In this document: positions 41,179 to 54,669 of the stretch, piece after piece | Layout: the number at the start of each line of letters is the position of its first letter | How positions within the stretch are numbered: the stretch's first letter is position 1 | Assembly (NCBI GenBank): GCA_964016885.1 | Contig: OZ024743.1 | Location: 40,424,001-40,488,000, forward strand | DNA: 64,000 bases | Reading direction: 5' to 3' | DNA from: Eledone cirrhosa | Taxonomy: Eukaryota | Notes under the pieces: generated by a model | What the model saw: only the letters and a program-made list of their open reading frames with translations | Database searches by the model: none | What the model was told of the DNA's origin: nothing | Position numbers and translations under genes: made by a program

Positions 41179-44100
41179 GTTATTCCTTGAATCTCAGTCA
41201 TTGATGTTATTTAACTGGAAACTTTGTTGAAATGAATTTCAAGCCACCACCTGCAGCCTCAGATATTCAGGACGTATCGGAGGCTTCTTGCTGTTCCCAG
41301 CAAACATGCCTTTAGAAGTGTTCCAAAAAGCGGGGCGGGAGCAATTTTCTTTAACCATCCTTGGAAACTCTTTGTGATAGTACCTAATGCGCCTATGACA
41401 ATGGGGACCCCTTTGATCTCATGGAAGTTCCAAATCTTTTTACCTCCATTTTAAGTCCTGGTATCGGTTAATATTCTCCCTCTCCTTCTCTCTCACTCTC
41501 GTATCGAATGGGCAGGCTACATCCACAATCAGGCATGATATTTTTCCCGTGTCCAAAACCATCAGGTCAGGTCTATTGTCTTCCAGTTTCTTGTCCGTCT
41601 GTATCCTGAAATCCCACAGCACCTTCACCTGATCGTTTTCCATTACCGACTCTGGCTTATGCTCATACCACTTCTCAGAATGTTGTAAATTGTTTACTTT
41701 GCATAGGTGCCAGTGGATCACCCTGCACATCACATCATGTCTTGTCTCCAGCCTTTATAGTGAGTCTGGGCTAGGTGTTTACACTCGGATACAATGTGAG
41801 CCACAGTTTCCTCTCTCTCTCCACAGATCGTACACAGCGGGCTAGCCTCCTCTTTGTAAATATGGTGTTTCACCCACTTCGTTTTGAGTGCCTGCTCTTG
41901 CGCAGCCATTAGCATTCCCTCTGTAGCGTTTTTAAGGTCTCCTCTTTTTAACCAGTTCCAGTTCCATGCATTGGCTCCCTACTGTCGGTCACGTATTTGT
42001 GCAGGTTGTTTTTCTCCGTATGAACATAGTCCTCTATCCTGATAAGACCTCTTCCACCTTCAGATCTCTTTAAGTAGCGTCTATCGACATCGCTCCTCTT
42101 GTGGAACATGTTGTAGATAGTCAATAGCTTCCTAGTCCTCCTATCCATTTCTTTTTATTCAGCACCATTCCATTTCAGAATTCCCGCACTGTACCTAATA
42201 ATAGAAACAACTCTGGAGTTCAATGAACTTATGACATTCCTACTATTTAGATGTGATTTTAATACACTCCTTACTCTCCTAATGTACTAAGATCTTATCA
42301 ATTCCTTCATTTTATTCTTCTTGGTGTCATCTGCTTCCAGAACACCTAAATATTTGTATTCTTCTTCAGTGTCAATTTCCTTTATCATCTCACCTGTTGG
42401 TACCCGGATTCTGTTGCTTCTGCTCAATTTACCCCTCTTCATCACTAGGACTCCACAATTATTAATACCAAATTGCATACATATATCATTGCTGAAAATA
42501 CGGACAGTGTCAACAAGTACATCCAACTCCTTCTCACTCTTCCCAAAGAGTTTAAGATAGTCCATGAAGAGGAGGTGATTGATGGTAAGCTCTCCTTTTC
42601 CCAACTTGTATCCTGCTCTCACTTTTCGCAGTATAATGGCCAGGGGTATCAGGGCAAGGACAAATAACAGAGGGGACAGACTATCTTCCTGGAAGATACA
42701 TCTCTTGATCTTCACGCCTCCCAAGGATTCTCCACCCGATGTTAACACTGTTTCCCAGGACTTCATACTTTTGCTCAACAACTGTCTGATGTTATCTGCC
42801 ACCTTGAAGATCTCTAGGCTTTGGTTATCCAAGAATGAGGTACCATGTCGAATGCCATTTTGTAATCTATCCATCCCATGGCAAGACCAGTGTGTCTCCT
42901 CCTGCAATTCCTCATTACCATCTTATCAATAAGTAACTGGTCTTTTGTACCACGGGACTTCTTTCGGCATCCTTTCTGTTCGTCCGGTAACAAGTTGTTT
43001 ATGTGGAGGTGATGGTAGGTTTCCCCAGCCACAATGCTTGTTAACAGTTTACACATTACGGACAGGCATGTGATAGGTCTATAGTTGGTAACATCATTAC
43101 CCTGTCTTTCATTACCAGAACGTTGGTATCTTTTGTCAACCACTCTGGCACCTCACCCGACATCAAGCAGTCATTGAACATGGTTGTCAGTTTCGGATGG
43201 AGGGATGTTATATTGTTGATCCAATAAACCTGCACACCATCTGGGCCTCGTGATTTTCAGTTGGTTAGTTTTTTGGCCTGCCCTTTAAGAGTTTCAACTG
43301 TGATACTCAAATCAGTTTGTTGGTGTGCTTGTTCATTAATCTCCTTTTGTACTGTCTCAATCCACACTGCCTGATCGTTATGTTTAACATCCTGCTGCCA
43401 TATTCCTCTCCAGAATGTCTTAGGCTGTTCCGCCCCAGGGATCAAGTCGTTGCATCTTATTTCAATCAAGCCGTCCAAACAGCATCTCCTGGTTGTTATC
43501 AAACATGCGGTTCTGTTTATACTGACTGACTCTGCTCTCATACCGCCTAATCTTTGTACTCTTTGCTACAGTGCGTTGCTTCAGTTCCTCTATGATGATA
43601 TTTAGCTTTTTCCTCCTAGATTTGTCCTTAATTTCCAGTCTATTTTTAGTGTCTATATTTTGTACTGTCCCATTCAGTAGGTACTCAAGCATTCTAATAT
43701 CATTTCTCATTTCCTTGATTTGACCATTCAGTCGTTTCGTCCACCAAGGTTCTGATCTTTCTTGTTAGTTGTTTTCTCTCGTGTTTCTGCCAAGTAATTT
43801 TCTCACCGCATTTGCTGTTGCTTTGAGGATAGTGTTGCATTGGTGAAGGTTCGTCGCCTCAAGGTATTGGATGACTTTGTTTACCTTAGCTGTTGTATCT
43901 TTTAACTTTTTCCTGTCTACCAAACTTAGGTCCATATGTTTCCCACTATCATTGTTCATTTCATCTACCACTAAGTTCAGGGTATCAACCAAATCTTGTC
44001 CTAGCCCGTCAGCATTCATTTCCTCAATGGCCGTATCTTTGTTCCAGATGTTATTTATTTCAGCATTCAGAACATTGTCTGTTCGGATATTTCCTCCGTT

Positions 44101-45497
44101 CTCTCAACCTTTTCCCCTTCATTTCCAACTGGCTCGTTTGCCTGGCATACTCCACTCTCCATTTGTAACCTAATCTCTCTGCTCAGTTCCTCCAGTTCTA
44201 ACTCGCTTATCCATCCATTAGTTCATATTACCCGAGCCAGCCCGGCCAACTTTTGTTCATCTAATTTAAATAGTCCAATCTCGTTCCAGATGTTATGCAT
44301 CCGTTTCCTATAGCCTTTTTCCTTGGGTTACTCTTCAGGTAACATTCCATGACAGTTCTATTCAATTCTTTCGTCCAGTTGTTATTGCCCCTTTCTTCCT
44401 TCTTCTTCTTCCTCCAACACCAGCAGTATTTGGATGACAGCCAGGTCTCTGCTGCTGGGCCAGGGGGCACTTGCTGTGTGAGACTCTGTCACATGGCGTT
44501 CCAGTCTTCTCTTCACCGTTATTCGAACTGTTTAGGTTCGACATTTAAACACTCATATCGAGGATTAGTGAATGTATGGTTACATAACCACCGGTGATTT
44601 CATCACCCCCGGTGATTTTAGCGTGGCACCATCACGCTGTAGACGAACATAAATAAATAAACATAAGTTTTATTGTAATGTTTGCATGTCTGACTTAGTT
44701 CTTTTTTTTTTTTTTTCATTTACGTTTTTCGTTTTTCAAGACCAGTAACATCGGTTACTAGTGTTGTTGTTGCTGCTGCAGCTGTTTTTGATTTTAGATA
44801 CGTGGGAAGTAGGGGTTGTTGCGTTCAAACCATTTTTAATTTGTTTTTGTCTGTGTTCTGTTCTATAATATTTCGACTTGTTGTTTATTATTATTATCAT
44901 TATATTATAGTTTAGATTTGACATCGTTTAAACTAAACATTTTGAGAGAGTTTAGAGTTTAGAGAAACAACAACAATAATTATTTTGGTGTTGCTGTTGT
45001 TGTTGTTAGCTGTTTGACCGGGTCAGTAAATCAGTCTATTTATATATTTTGATGCCTTCCTCGTTTATTCGTGTGTAGTGGCACTACTACCATCCCTCTC
45101 TTAACAGGAGGTAGTGAGGGAATAGTGGTGGTAGCGATGATGCAGTGTTGGCGGTGGTGATGTGATAGTAGTACTATAGTGATGGTGTTGCTGCAGCCTG
45201 GCTAGATTTTTTGTGGTAGTGGTGATGGTGGTGTTGGTGGTGAAATTATTTGGCTGTTGTTCGTAACCATTTTCCTTTTTGACTATAAAAATTCTGATAC
45301 AAAATTAAATATTAAATATTAGGACCCTATGCCATAATGTGATGCGTTGTCACTTCCTGAGAGTTAAGACAGGTATCTTATGTCCCATTTGTAATAAGAA
45401 TTATTCTATCACAATTGTTTTAAATGTGTAAAAAAAAAAAAAAATTACGGGAGCGATTCCATAACACTCTATCCACTATGTGCGTATCTTCCATCGT
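41179..45497 (-). mobile_element. Full-length but degenerate R4/Dong-like LINE (copy B)
   Basis: Collinear with copy [33 protein letters not shown]. Many stops and a deletion at ~41965. (TAA)n at both ends. Confidence 0.9.
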
Positions 45498-45568
45498 TAT
45501 TATTATTATTACGGGGTCGATAAAATAAAGTACCAGTGATTGCGGGCCTTGTGCCAAAAGTGGAAACA

Positions 45569-45634
<66 letters not shown>

Positions 45635-45636
45635 GT

Positions 45637-48600
45637 TGTTATTCCTTGAATCTCAGTCATTGATGTTGGTTAACTGGAAAGTCCGTTGGATTGAATATCA
45701 AGCCACTACCTGCAGCCTCAGATATTCAGGACGTATCGGAGGGTTCTTGCTGTTCCAAGCAAGCATGCCTTTTGAAGCGTTCCAAAAAGCGTGAAGGGGC
45801 CGATTTTCTTTAACCATCCCTGGAAACTTTTGGAGATAGTCCCCAGTGCGCCTATGACAATCGGGATCACTTTGACTTCATGGCAGTTCCAAATCCTTTT
45901 CACCTCCCACTTTAGGTCCTGGTATCGGTTAATTTCCTCCCTCTCCTTCTCTTGCACTCTCGTGTCGAACGGGCAGGCCACATCCACAATCAGGCACGAT
46001 CTTTTGTCTTTGTCCACAACCACCAGGTCAGGTCTATTGTGTTCCAGTTTTTTGTCCGTCTGTATCCTAAAATCCCACAGCACCTTCACCTGATTGTTCT
46101 CCATCACCGCCTCTGGCCTATGCTCATACCATTTCTCAGAATGTGGTATATTGTTTACTTTGCACAGGTGCCAGTGGATCACCCTGCCCATCACATCGTG
46201 TCTCCAGCCCTTATAGTGGGTCTGGGCTAGGTGTTTACACTCGGACACAATGTGAGCCACAGTCTCCTCTCTCTCTCTCCACAGATCCTGCACAGTGGGC
46301 TAGCCTCCTCCTTGTAGATATGGTGCTTCAACCACTTCGTTTTGAGGGCCTGCTCCTGCGCAGCCATTAGCATTCCTTCTGTAGCCTTTTTGAGGTCTCC
46401 TCTTCTCAACCAGTTCCATGTCTGTGGATCTCTAAATTCAGTTTTCTCAAAGAAGGTACTATGAAGGGATTTTCCCCTAAGGCTGCTCTTCCTCCTTGAT
46501 GTTATTTCCTCCTTGGACATCCCCTGGCCTACTGTCCCCTCCTTCAGTACAGTTCTGAGCATTGGCTCCTTACTATAGGTCACGTATTTGTATAGGTTGT
46601 TTTTCTCCATCTGAACACAGTCCTCTATGCTGATAAGACCTCTTCCACCCTCAGATCTCCTTAGGTAGAGTCTATCGACATCACTCCTCTTGTGGAACAT
46701 GTTGTAGATAGTCAATAGCTTCCTAGTCTTCCTATCCATTTCTTTTTGTTCAGCAACATTCCATCTCAGAATTCCCGCACTGTACCTAATAATAGACACA
46801 GCTCGGGAATTTACTGCGCTTATGGCATTTCTGCTGTTCAGATGTGACTTCAATACGCTCCTTACTCTCCGAATGTATTCAGTTCTTAACAATTCCTTCA
46901 TTTTTTTGTTCTTTATGCCATCAGCCTCCAGAACGCCCAAATACTTGTATCCTTCCTCAGAGTCAATTTCCTTTATCATCTCACCTGTTGGTATCTGGAT
47001 CCCGTCACTTCTGCTCAACCTACCCCTCTTCATCACAATGACTCCACATTTACCAATACCAAAATGCATACATATATCACTGCTGAAAATACGGACAGTG
47101 TCAACAAGCACATCCAACTCCTTCTCACTTTTCCCGAAGAGCTTAAGATCGTCCATGAAGAGGAGGTGATTGATGGTAAGCTCTCCCCTTCCCAACTTGT
47201 ATCCTGCTCTCACTTTTCGCATCATAATGGTCAAGGGCATCAGGGCAAGGACAAACAACAGAGGGGACAGGCTATCTCCCTGGAAGATACCTCTCTTGAT
47301 CTTCACGCTTCCCAAGGATACTCCAGTTGATGTCAACTCTGTCTCCCAGGACCCCATACTCCTGCCCAGCAACTGTCTGATGTTATCTGCCACCCTGAAG
47401 ATCTCCAGGCTTTTGGTGATCCAGGAATGAGGCACCATGTCAAATGCCTTTCTGTAGTCTATCCATCCCATGGCAAGATCAGTGTGTCTCCTCCTGCAAT
47501 TCGCCATTACCATCTTATCAATAAGTAACTGGTCCTTTGTACCACGTGACTTCTTTCGGCATCCTTTCTATTCTTCCGGTAACAAGTTGTTTGTGTGGAG
47601 GTGATGGTAGATTTCCTCAGACACAATGCTCGTCAACAGTTTCCACATTACGGACAGACATGTGATAGGTCTATAGTTGGTAACATCATTACCCTTGATT
47701 CGGTCTTTCATTATCAGAACTGTGGTACCTTTTGTCAACCACTCTGGCACCTCACCCGACACCAAGCAGTCATTGAACATGGCCGTCAGCTTCGGGTGGA
47801 GGGATGTTAAATGTTTAATCCAATACCCCTACACACCACCTGGGCCTGGTGATTTCCAGTTGGTTAGTTTTTTGGCCTGCCCCTTAAGAGTTTCAACTGT
47901 GATACTCAAATCAGTTTGTTGTTGTGCCTGCTCACCGATCTCCCTCTGTACTGTCTCAATCCACCCTGCCTGGGCATTGTGTCTAACATCCTGCTCCCAT
48001 ATTCCTCTCCAGAATGTTTCAGTTTGTTCCGCCCCAGGGATCAAGTCGTTGCCTCTTTCTTTCCCCTCAAGCTGTCCAAACAGCATCTTCTGGTTGTTGT
48101 CGAACATGCGGTTCTGTTTATACTGACTGACTCTGTTCTCGTATCGCCTGATTTTTGCACTCTTTGCTACAATGCGTTGCTTCAATTCCTCTATGATAAT
48201 ATTTAGCTTTTTACTCCTAGTTTTGTATTTTATTTCCAGTCTATTTTTAGTGCCTATGTTTTTTAGTGTCCCATTCAGTAGGGACTCAAGCTTTCCTATG
48301 TCATTTCTCATTTCCCCGATTTGCCCACTCAGTCGCTTCTTCCACCACGGCTCTGCTCTTTCTTGTCTGTTGTTTCCTCTCGCTTTTATACCAAGTAGTT
48401 TCCTCACCGTATTTGCTGTTGCTTTGAGGATATTGTTGCACTGGTGAAGGCTCCTCGCCTCAAGGTATGGGATGACTTTGTTTACCTTAGCTGTTGTTTC
48501 TTTTAACTTTTTCCTGTCTACAAATCTTAGGTTCATAGGTCTCCCACTATCATTGTTCAATTCATCTACCACTAAATTTAGGATGTCAACCGAATCTTGT

Positions 48601-50183
48601 CCTAGCCCGTCAGCATTCATCTCCTCAGTGGCCGTATCTCTGTTCCAGGTATTATTTATCTCAGTATTCAGATCATTGTCTGCTTCGGGTGGTTCCTCCG
48701 TTCTCAGGACCTCTTCACCTTCATTTCCCACTGGCTCGCTTGTCTGGCATACTACACCCGCCATCTCCAAGCCATTCTCTCTGCTCAGTTCCTCCAGTTC
48801 CAGCTCGCTTATCCACCCATTAGTTCTTATTACCCGAGCCTGCCCGGCCAATTTTTGTTCATCTAATTTAAATAAACCAATCTCGTTCCAGATGTTATGC
48901 ATCCGTCTCCTGTAGCCCCTCTCCTTGGGGTTACTTTTCAGGTAGCATTGCATAACAGTTCTATTCAATTCTTTCGTCCAGTTGGTTCTGGCCCCGTTCC
49001 TTCTTCTTCTTCCTCCAACATCAGCAGTATTTGGTTGACAGTCAGGTTCCTGCTGCTGAGCCAGGGGGCACCTGTTGGGTGAGAGTCTGTCACATGACGT
49101 TCTAGTCTCCATTTCACCGTTATTCGAACTGTTTATGTTCGATATTTAAACACTCTTATCGAGGATTGGCGAATGTATAGTTACATAGCCATCTGTGGAT
49201 CCGCCATCCCACTTGGCCCTTGTGTGGCATTATCACCACGCTGTATACGAACACACATAAACAAACAAACACACAGGCAGAAAGGGCCCCAAAAATGAAT
49301 AAGCATAAGTTTCATTGTAATGTAGTGTTCGAATGTCTGACTTAGTTTTTGTTTTTTAAGTTTTACTTTTTCCCCCCTCTTCTCTGTCCGTCCGCCTGCT
49401 TCTCTCTTCATTCTTATTTTCTTTACGTTTTGGGGGTTTCTTTTTTTGTTTTTGTTTTTCTCTGTTTGTTTTTCTCGTTTTTGCTGTTGTTGCTGTGCTG
49501 CTTTGGTTTTGTTGTTTGTTTTTTCTTTTTTCTTTTGATTCTATCTGTATATTTTGGTGCCTTCCTCTTTGTTAGTAGTAGGAATTCTATAATGTGGAAG
49601 TAGCAGCCAGCAGGGGGAAGTGGGAGACTGGCGGCGGTAGCGATACTGAGACAGTGGTGGTGGTGATGTCGATACCGAGGCAGTGGTGGCGGTGATGTGA
49701 CCGTATTACTGTAGTGATGGTGCTGTAGCGGTGGCAGCAGTGAAGGAGTCAAGGGGTGGTGGCGGCGGTGATGGGATAGTGGTGGTAATGATGGCCGTAG
49801 TGAGCGGTGGCGGTGAAGGTGAAAATGCTGTTGTGTTTAGTGTACACAGATGATGGGGTGGGTGGTGTATCTAGTTTCTGGTGTTGGTGAGTTTGGCTGT
49901 CCTATATAGTGTAGACAGAGGAGAGGAGGGGGGGGGTTCTTCTTCCATTTATAGCCATTTTTGGGGGGGGGATATACAGTGTACAATACAAAGTTGAATA
50001 TTTGAATATTTGAGCCTTATAACAATATATTTTGGGTCCGAATTTGTTGGGGCTCAAGCCGGGTGCTTTACGTAGCATTTGTACTAAGAGTTGTTATTTC
50101 ACAAATGATTTAAATATGTTAAAAATTCAAAACTTACGGGAGCGATTTCATGACCTCCGTCACCTCGTGCGTCTTCTTCCCTC
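45637..50183 (-). mobile_element. Full-length R4/Dong-like LINE (copy A)
   Basis: Single RT plus RLE ORF, ~1 kb 5' UTR, short 3' UTR, (TAA)n flanks. Confidence 0.93.
45718..49112 (-). pseudogene. R4/Dong ORF (~1130 aa; RT, CCHC finger, PD-(D/E)xK endonuclease) with 2 nonsense codons and 1 frameshift
   Basis: [65 protein letters not shown] at 47829 and 47568; +2 slip in a (GA)n run at ~46270. Confidence 0.93.
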
Positions 50184-50236
50184 ATTATTATTAAATGCAC
50201 TGGGTAATTGCTGGCCTTGTGCCTAAAGTAGAAACA

Positions 50237-50310
<74 letters not shown>

Positions 50311-51913
50311 AGTTGCATTTATCTTGCTTTATGTTCATACGAGTTATCACCAAGTCACAACCAGTGACCTCAAGAGACAACAAGGTCCGCCATGTTCAAA
50401 AAAGAACATACATATTCACACATGCATCTTTAGTGTTTAGACTTGTGATGTACTTATATTGACAGAATCTTCATTAGTATATGGGCAGTTCCCATTAGTA
50501 CTATCTTTTGTATTTCTCCTATACGCGGGTTTCCTGGGATTTGCGATATGTAATCATTAGACCCCTTAGGTATCATTCCCAGAGCGCCTACAACCACTGG
50601 TATTGTTTTAGTTCTCAATTTCCACATTTTTCCAATTTCTATCTCCAGGTCCTTATACTTGCTCAATTTTTCAAATGTTTTTATAGATACATTCTTGTCT
50701 ATTGGAACAGACATATCAATTAGCAGGCATACCCTCTTTTGAAAGTCTTTCAATATTATATCAGGTCTGTTTGCATCTATTTTTCGGTCTGTTTGGATGC
50801 TAAAGTTCCACAAGATTGAGATGTGATCTTTTTCAAGTATGGGAGGTGGTTGATGCTCCCACCAATTCTTTTGATGGGGCAGGTCAAAATGCTTACACAT
50901 TATCCAATGTATGTATTGTGCAGCTCTGTCATGCCTGTTTAGGTATTCGGTTGGAGCTATAGGACTGCACATTGAAATTATATGGTCAATGGTCTCTGGT
51001 TGTTTTTTGCATACACGGCATAATGGGCTGCACCCATTTTTTATTATGTTGGCTTCGTAATTTTTTGTTGGCAGACACTGATCTTGTGCCGATATAATCA
51101 GTCCTTCAGTCTCCGATTTCAGTCCAGAGGATGCCAACCACTGATGGGTTAAAGTTTTGTCAACATCAGGATTGTTAGCTCGCTCTGGGTATTTTCCATA
51201 CAGAGGCTTTTCTTGCCATTTCTTAGCCAGTTTCTGTAGCAGTTCTTTCTTTGCACTTACTTTTACCTGCTTTGCTTTTTCTGTGTTTTCCATTTCAGCA
51301 GTAAATGGGACTTCTGAAATTTGTAGTCCATTACTGTATCTTTGTGCATCTTTTGTAATGGAATAAGATCTTTTGATGCTTTTGTGTTTCAAAACGAGTT
51401 TGATCATCCAATCATGTGATTCCCTTAGATATGTAGATAATCCAATTGTTGCAGTTTTCAACGCAATGTCTAACTGGATTAACCCACGTCCTCCTTTATC
51501 CTAGGGAGATATATTCTATTTATATCTGCCTTAGGGTGATGCATTCTGTGCATGGTTAAGAATTTTCGAATTTTTGTATCGAGCCTACGGATCTCTGTGC
51601 TTGACCAGTTGGTGACATTGTAACTGTAGGTTACTACTGGTATGGCAAGCGTGTTTATGGCATCGATCCTATTCCTTGCATTCAATTCCGTTCTTAAGAT
51701 TGCCCTTACTCTGCGGTAACATTCCTTCCTTATCCTTTCCCTCATTGTCGAGTGCTTGATTCCGTCTCCTTCACAAACACCTAGATATTTGTAAGTTTTT
51801 TCTTGATCAAGTTCTCTTATCACGTTCCCCCGATCAAGATTAATGTCTGAACTCTTCGGCAGCTTTCCTCTGGTGAACGTTGCTTTGGCGCATTTATCTA
51901 GTCCAAACTCCAT
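50311..51913 (-). mobile_element. 5'-truncated R4/Dong-like LINE of a second family
   Basis: MEFGLDKCA, YKYLG, ETEGLIISAQDQ, CRVC..ETIDHIISMC, RPDIIL..LIDMSVP..KLSKY. (TAA)n flanks. Confidence 0.92.
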
Positions 51914-51934
51914 TTTAATTATTATTATTATTAT

Positions 51935-52808
51935 GGCGTTCTATAGGGGATTAGTGGAGGGGAAGAGCGACGACGTACTTGGAGAAACTCTAGGCGTCGA
52001 CGAAAATCAACTAGCCAATCTCTTCGGAAGGACTTTCGGGCCGGGGCCTATGGACAACTTCCAGAAATCCCTGGCCTGGCAGTGCTACCGAGGAGCTTTG
52101 CCAGTTCGGGATAAACTCTACAGGCATGGAGGTGCCGTCAGCCGGGCATGTCCGAGATGCGCGCAGGGCGACGAAACCGTCCTGCACGCACTCGTCCAGT
52201 GTCCGAGCATTGCTGACTTGTGGGTTTATGTCGAACACCTGCTGTCACGTGTAGGACGGATCCGGCTTTCAGCTGAGTCCATCGTGAGGATTGCCCCGCC
52301 CCCTTCCTTTAGCCTGGAAGGGCAGGCAGTTTTTATCTGTCTGGTGGCCATGGCGAAAGAGATAGTATGGTGGACACGTTTGAAAGGGCTGAAGACGACC
52401 AATTACCTCTTCGGTGATGCCCTGATTAACTTTTTCAAATTTCATTTGAAAAGGAAAATCAGGGTAGAGAGGGAAGTGCTCTCTTCCCAGCATTTTGTTG
52501 AAAGATGGGTGAGAGAAGCAAGTATGGCCCGAATGAATGGGCCTTCTCTGAGTATGTGTCTGTAAATTAAAGGTGGAAAACTGGGAGAGGGCACTTGCCC
52601 TGGTGGTCAGGGCCACTGTGGTCTTTTAATGGGCTTTCTCCACAAATGTCCCTTGGAAGTCTCCCCCCTATTGGGGAATTTTTCTTTGTTATTTTATTTC
52701 AACCTCTGTTTTTTTACACGCAGAAATGCCCATTTGTACCGTCCTGTATTGTCCTGTACTGTCCTTAATGTCTACTTTATGTGAACCCTTGTGGTTAATA
52801 AAGAAAAC
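51935..52808 (+). mobile_element. 5'-truncated Tx1/L1-clade LINE
   Basis: Highly similar to 40265-41146, with (ATT)n on both sides. Confidence 0.9.
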
Positions 52809-52822
52809 ATTATTATTATTAA

Positions 52823-52868
<46 letters not shown>

Positions 52869-53334
52869 CTATTATCATTATCATTATTATTATTATCAAG
52901 GATGGTGTCGATTCGATCGACTTTCCCCTTCCCCAAAGTGCTGACCTTTTAGAGGAAATTGAGGAAATTGTTATTATTGTTGTTGTTATTGTTTTTCTTG
53001 TAGTTATATATATATATATATTTTTTTTTTGATTCGTTATGTCGCTATTTTCATCGCAAGGCGTCATTATAGATGTGAGATGCGAGTACAATATGTTTGC
53101 TTCTGGTATCAGATAAAACGTCAGTATGACATTATGCAATCGCACTTTTGCGAATATTAATTAAAATAGTTTTTCTCTTTGCTACGAACGAGGCTTGAAT
53201 TCAACAAGTTGCAAGAATAGTGAATAATACAGAAGAATTCTTAATTATGGATATACGTGCATACATATAAATAAATAGTAAGTACAAAAATAACACAAAA
53301 AAACACACATACACACACACATATATATAAGTGT

Positions 53335-53483
<149 letters not shown>

Positions 53484-53657
53484 AAATAAAGTAAAATAAA
53501 TAAGTCAAATACTGAGGAACTGGAATCATATCTTGGAATCATATGATTCCAGTTCCTCAGTGAAATAACAACCCAACCAGGAACTGGGCATATCAGAGTA
53601 TTGACAAAATTATACACCTCAACAACATATGTACTTGTCTATACCACACTAATTCGG

Positions 53658-53712
53658 ACTGCCTGAAGAGGGCACAGCCAAAGATAGCTCTCACCGAAAT
53701 ATATATAGCAGT
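53658..53712 (+). ncRNA. Type I hammerhead ribozyme in TA-flanked insert 53482-53860
   Basis: ACTGC-CTGAAGA-GG(...)CC-GAAA-TATAT-ATA-GCAGT then AATAAA. Perfect 5-bp stem I and palindromic stem III. Confidence 0.7.
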
Positions 53713-54041
53713 AATAAACGAAGCTAAATTTTAAACATTTGACTTATTTATTTTACTTTATTTTACATTACTCCGGAGTAACCAAACCAACCTGCGCACT
53801 TCGTCGAGTGCTTCAGCCTGCATACTGAGGTATTGGTATACAACCAACATATACGCAAAATCTCTCTCTCTCTATATATATATATCTTTATATGTATATT
53901 AATATACATATATATATGTATATTAATATATATATTTCTAGTTGATATAAAATGCTCGGATCGATTCATTTGAATCTTTGAGCTTATTCTACGGTGGATA
54001 TGGCGGTCATGTCCGTTAATTAATTTAATTTAATTAATTTT

Positions 54042-54096
<55 letters not shown>

Positions 54097-54447
54097 CATA
54101 TATATATTAACATACACTTAACAACAAAGAGCGCTTAGATATTCTCCTTTATATATTATATTAACATATATGTATATGTATAGTTATTATTATTGGCATT
54201 ATTATACATAATTAAATTTGTCACGCATATACATCACATCTCAATGAAAAGTGATTGCTAAAGATATCTGATTTAGAGAAGCAAATATAAACCATGCATC
54301 ACTCGTCAATCTCAACATGAATGACTCCATGGAGTAAACTCCCTCTTTAACGAGCTTAACGATCCTCCCTCATCGACGGATGTTACACACACACACACAA
54401 ACATACACACACACACACACATACACACAAATATATATATATATATA

Positions 54448-54613
54448 ACGAAGGAGTTGTGATAAGGAACCAGATGGACCATAACGCACCAGAGTACTCA
54501 ATACATAAGGTATTAGAGTGGGTGATAACAGAAAGTATGACCCCCACAGCAGAGCTCAAGCTGTTTCGACGGCTATTTCTGGACTTGAGTTTTGCCGTCG
54601 GGGTCATACTTTC

Positions 54614-54618
<5 letters not shown>
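54448..54618. mobile_element. Hairpin family B copy (right arm partly deleted)
   Basis: Homologous to 3021-3212. Confidence 0.75.

Positions 54619-54669
<51 letters not shown>

Noticed and set aside
42321-49082. Plus-strand ORFs overlapping the Dong elements
   Set aside because: Antisense shadows of the RT ORF.
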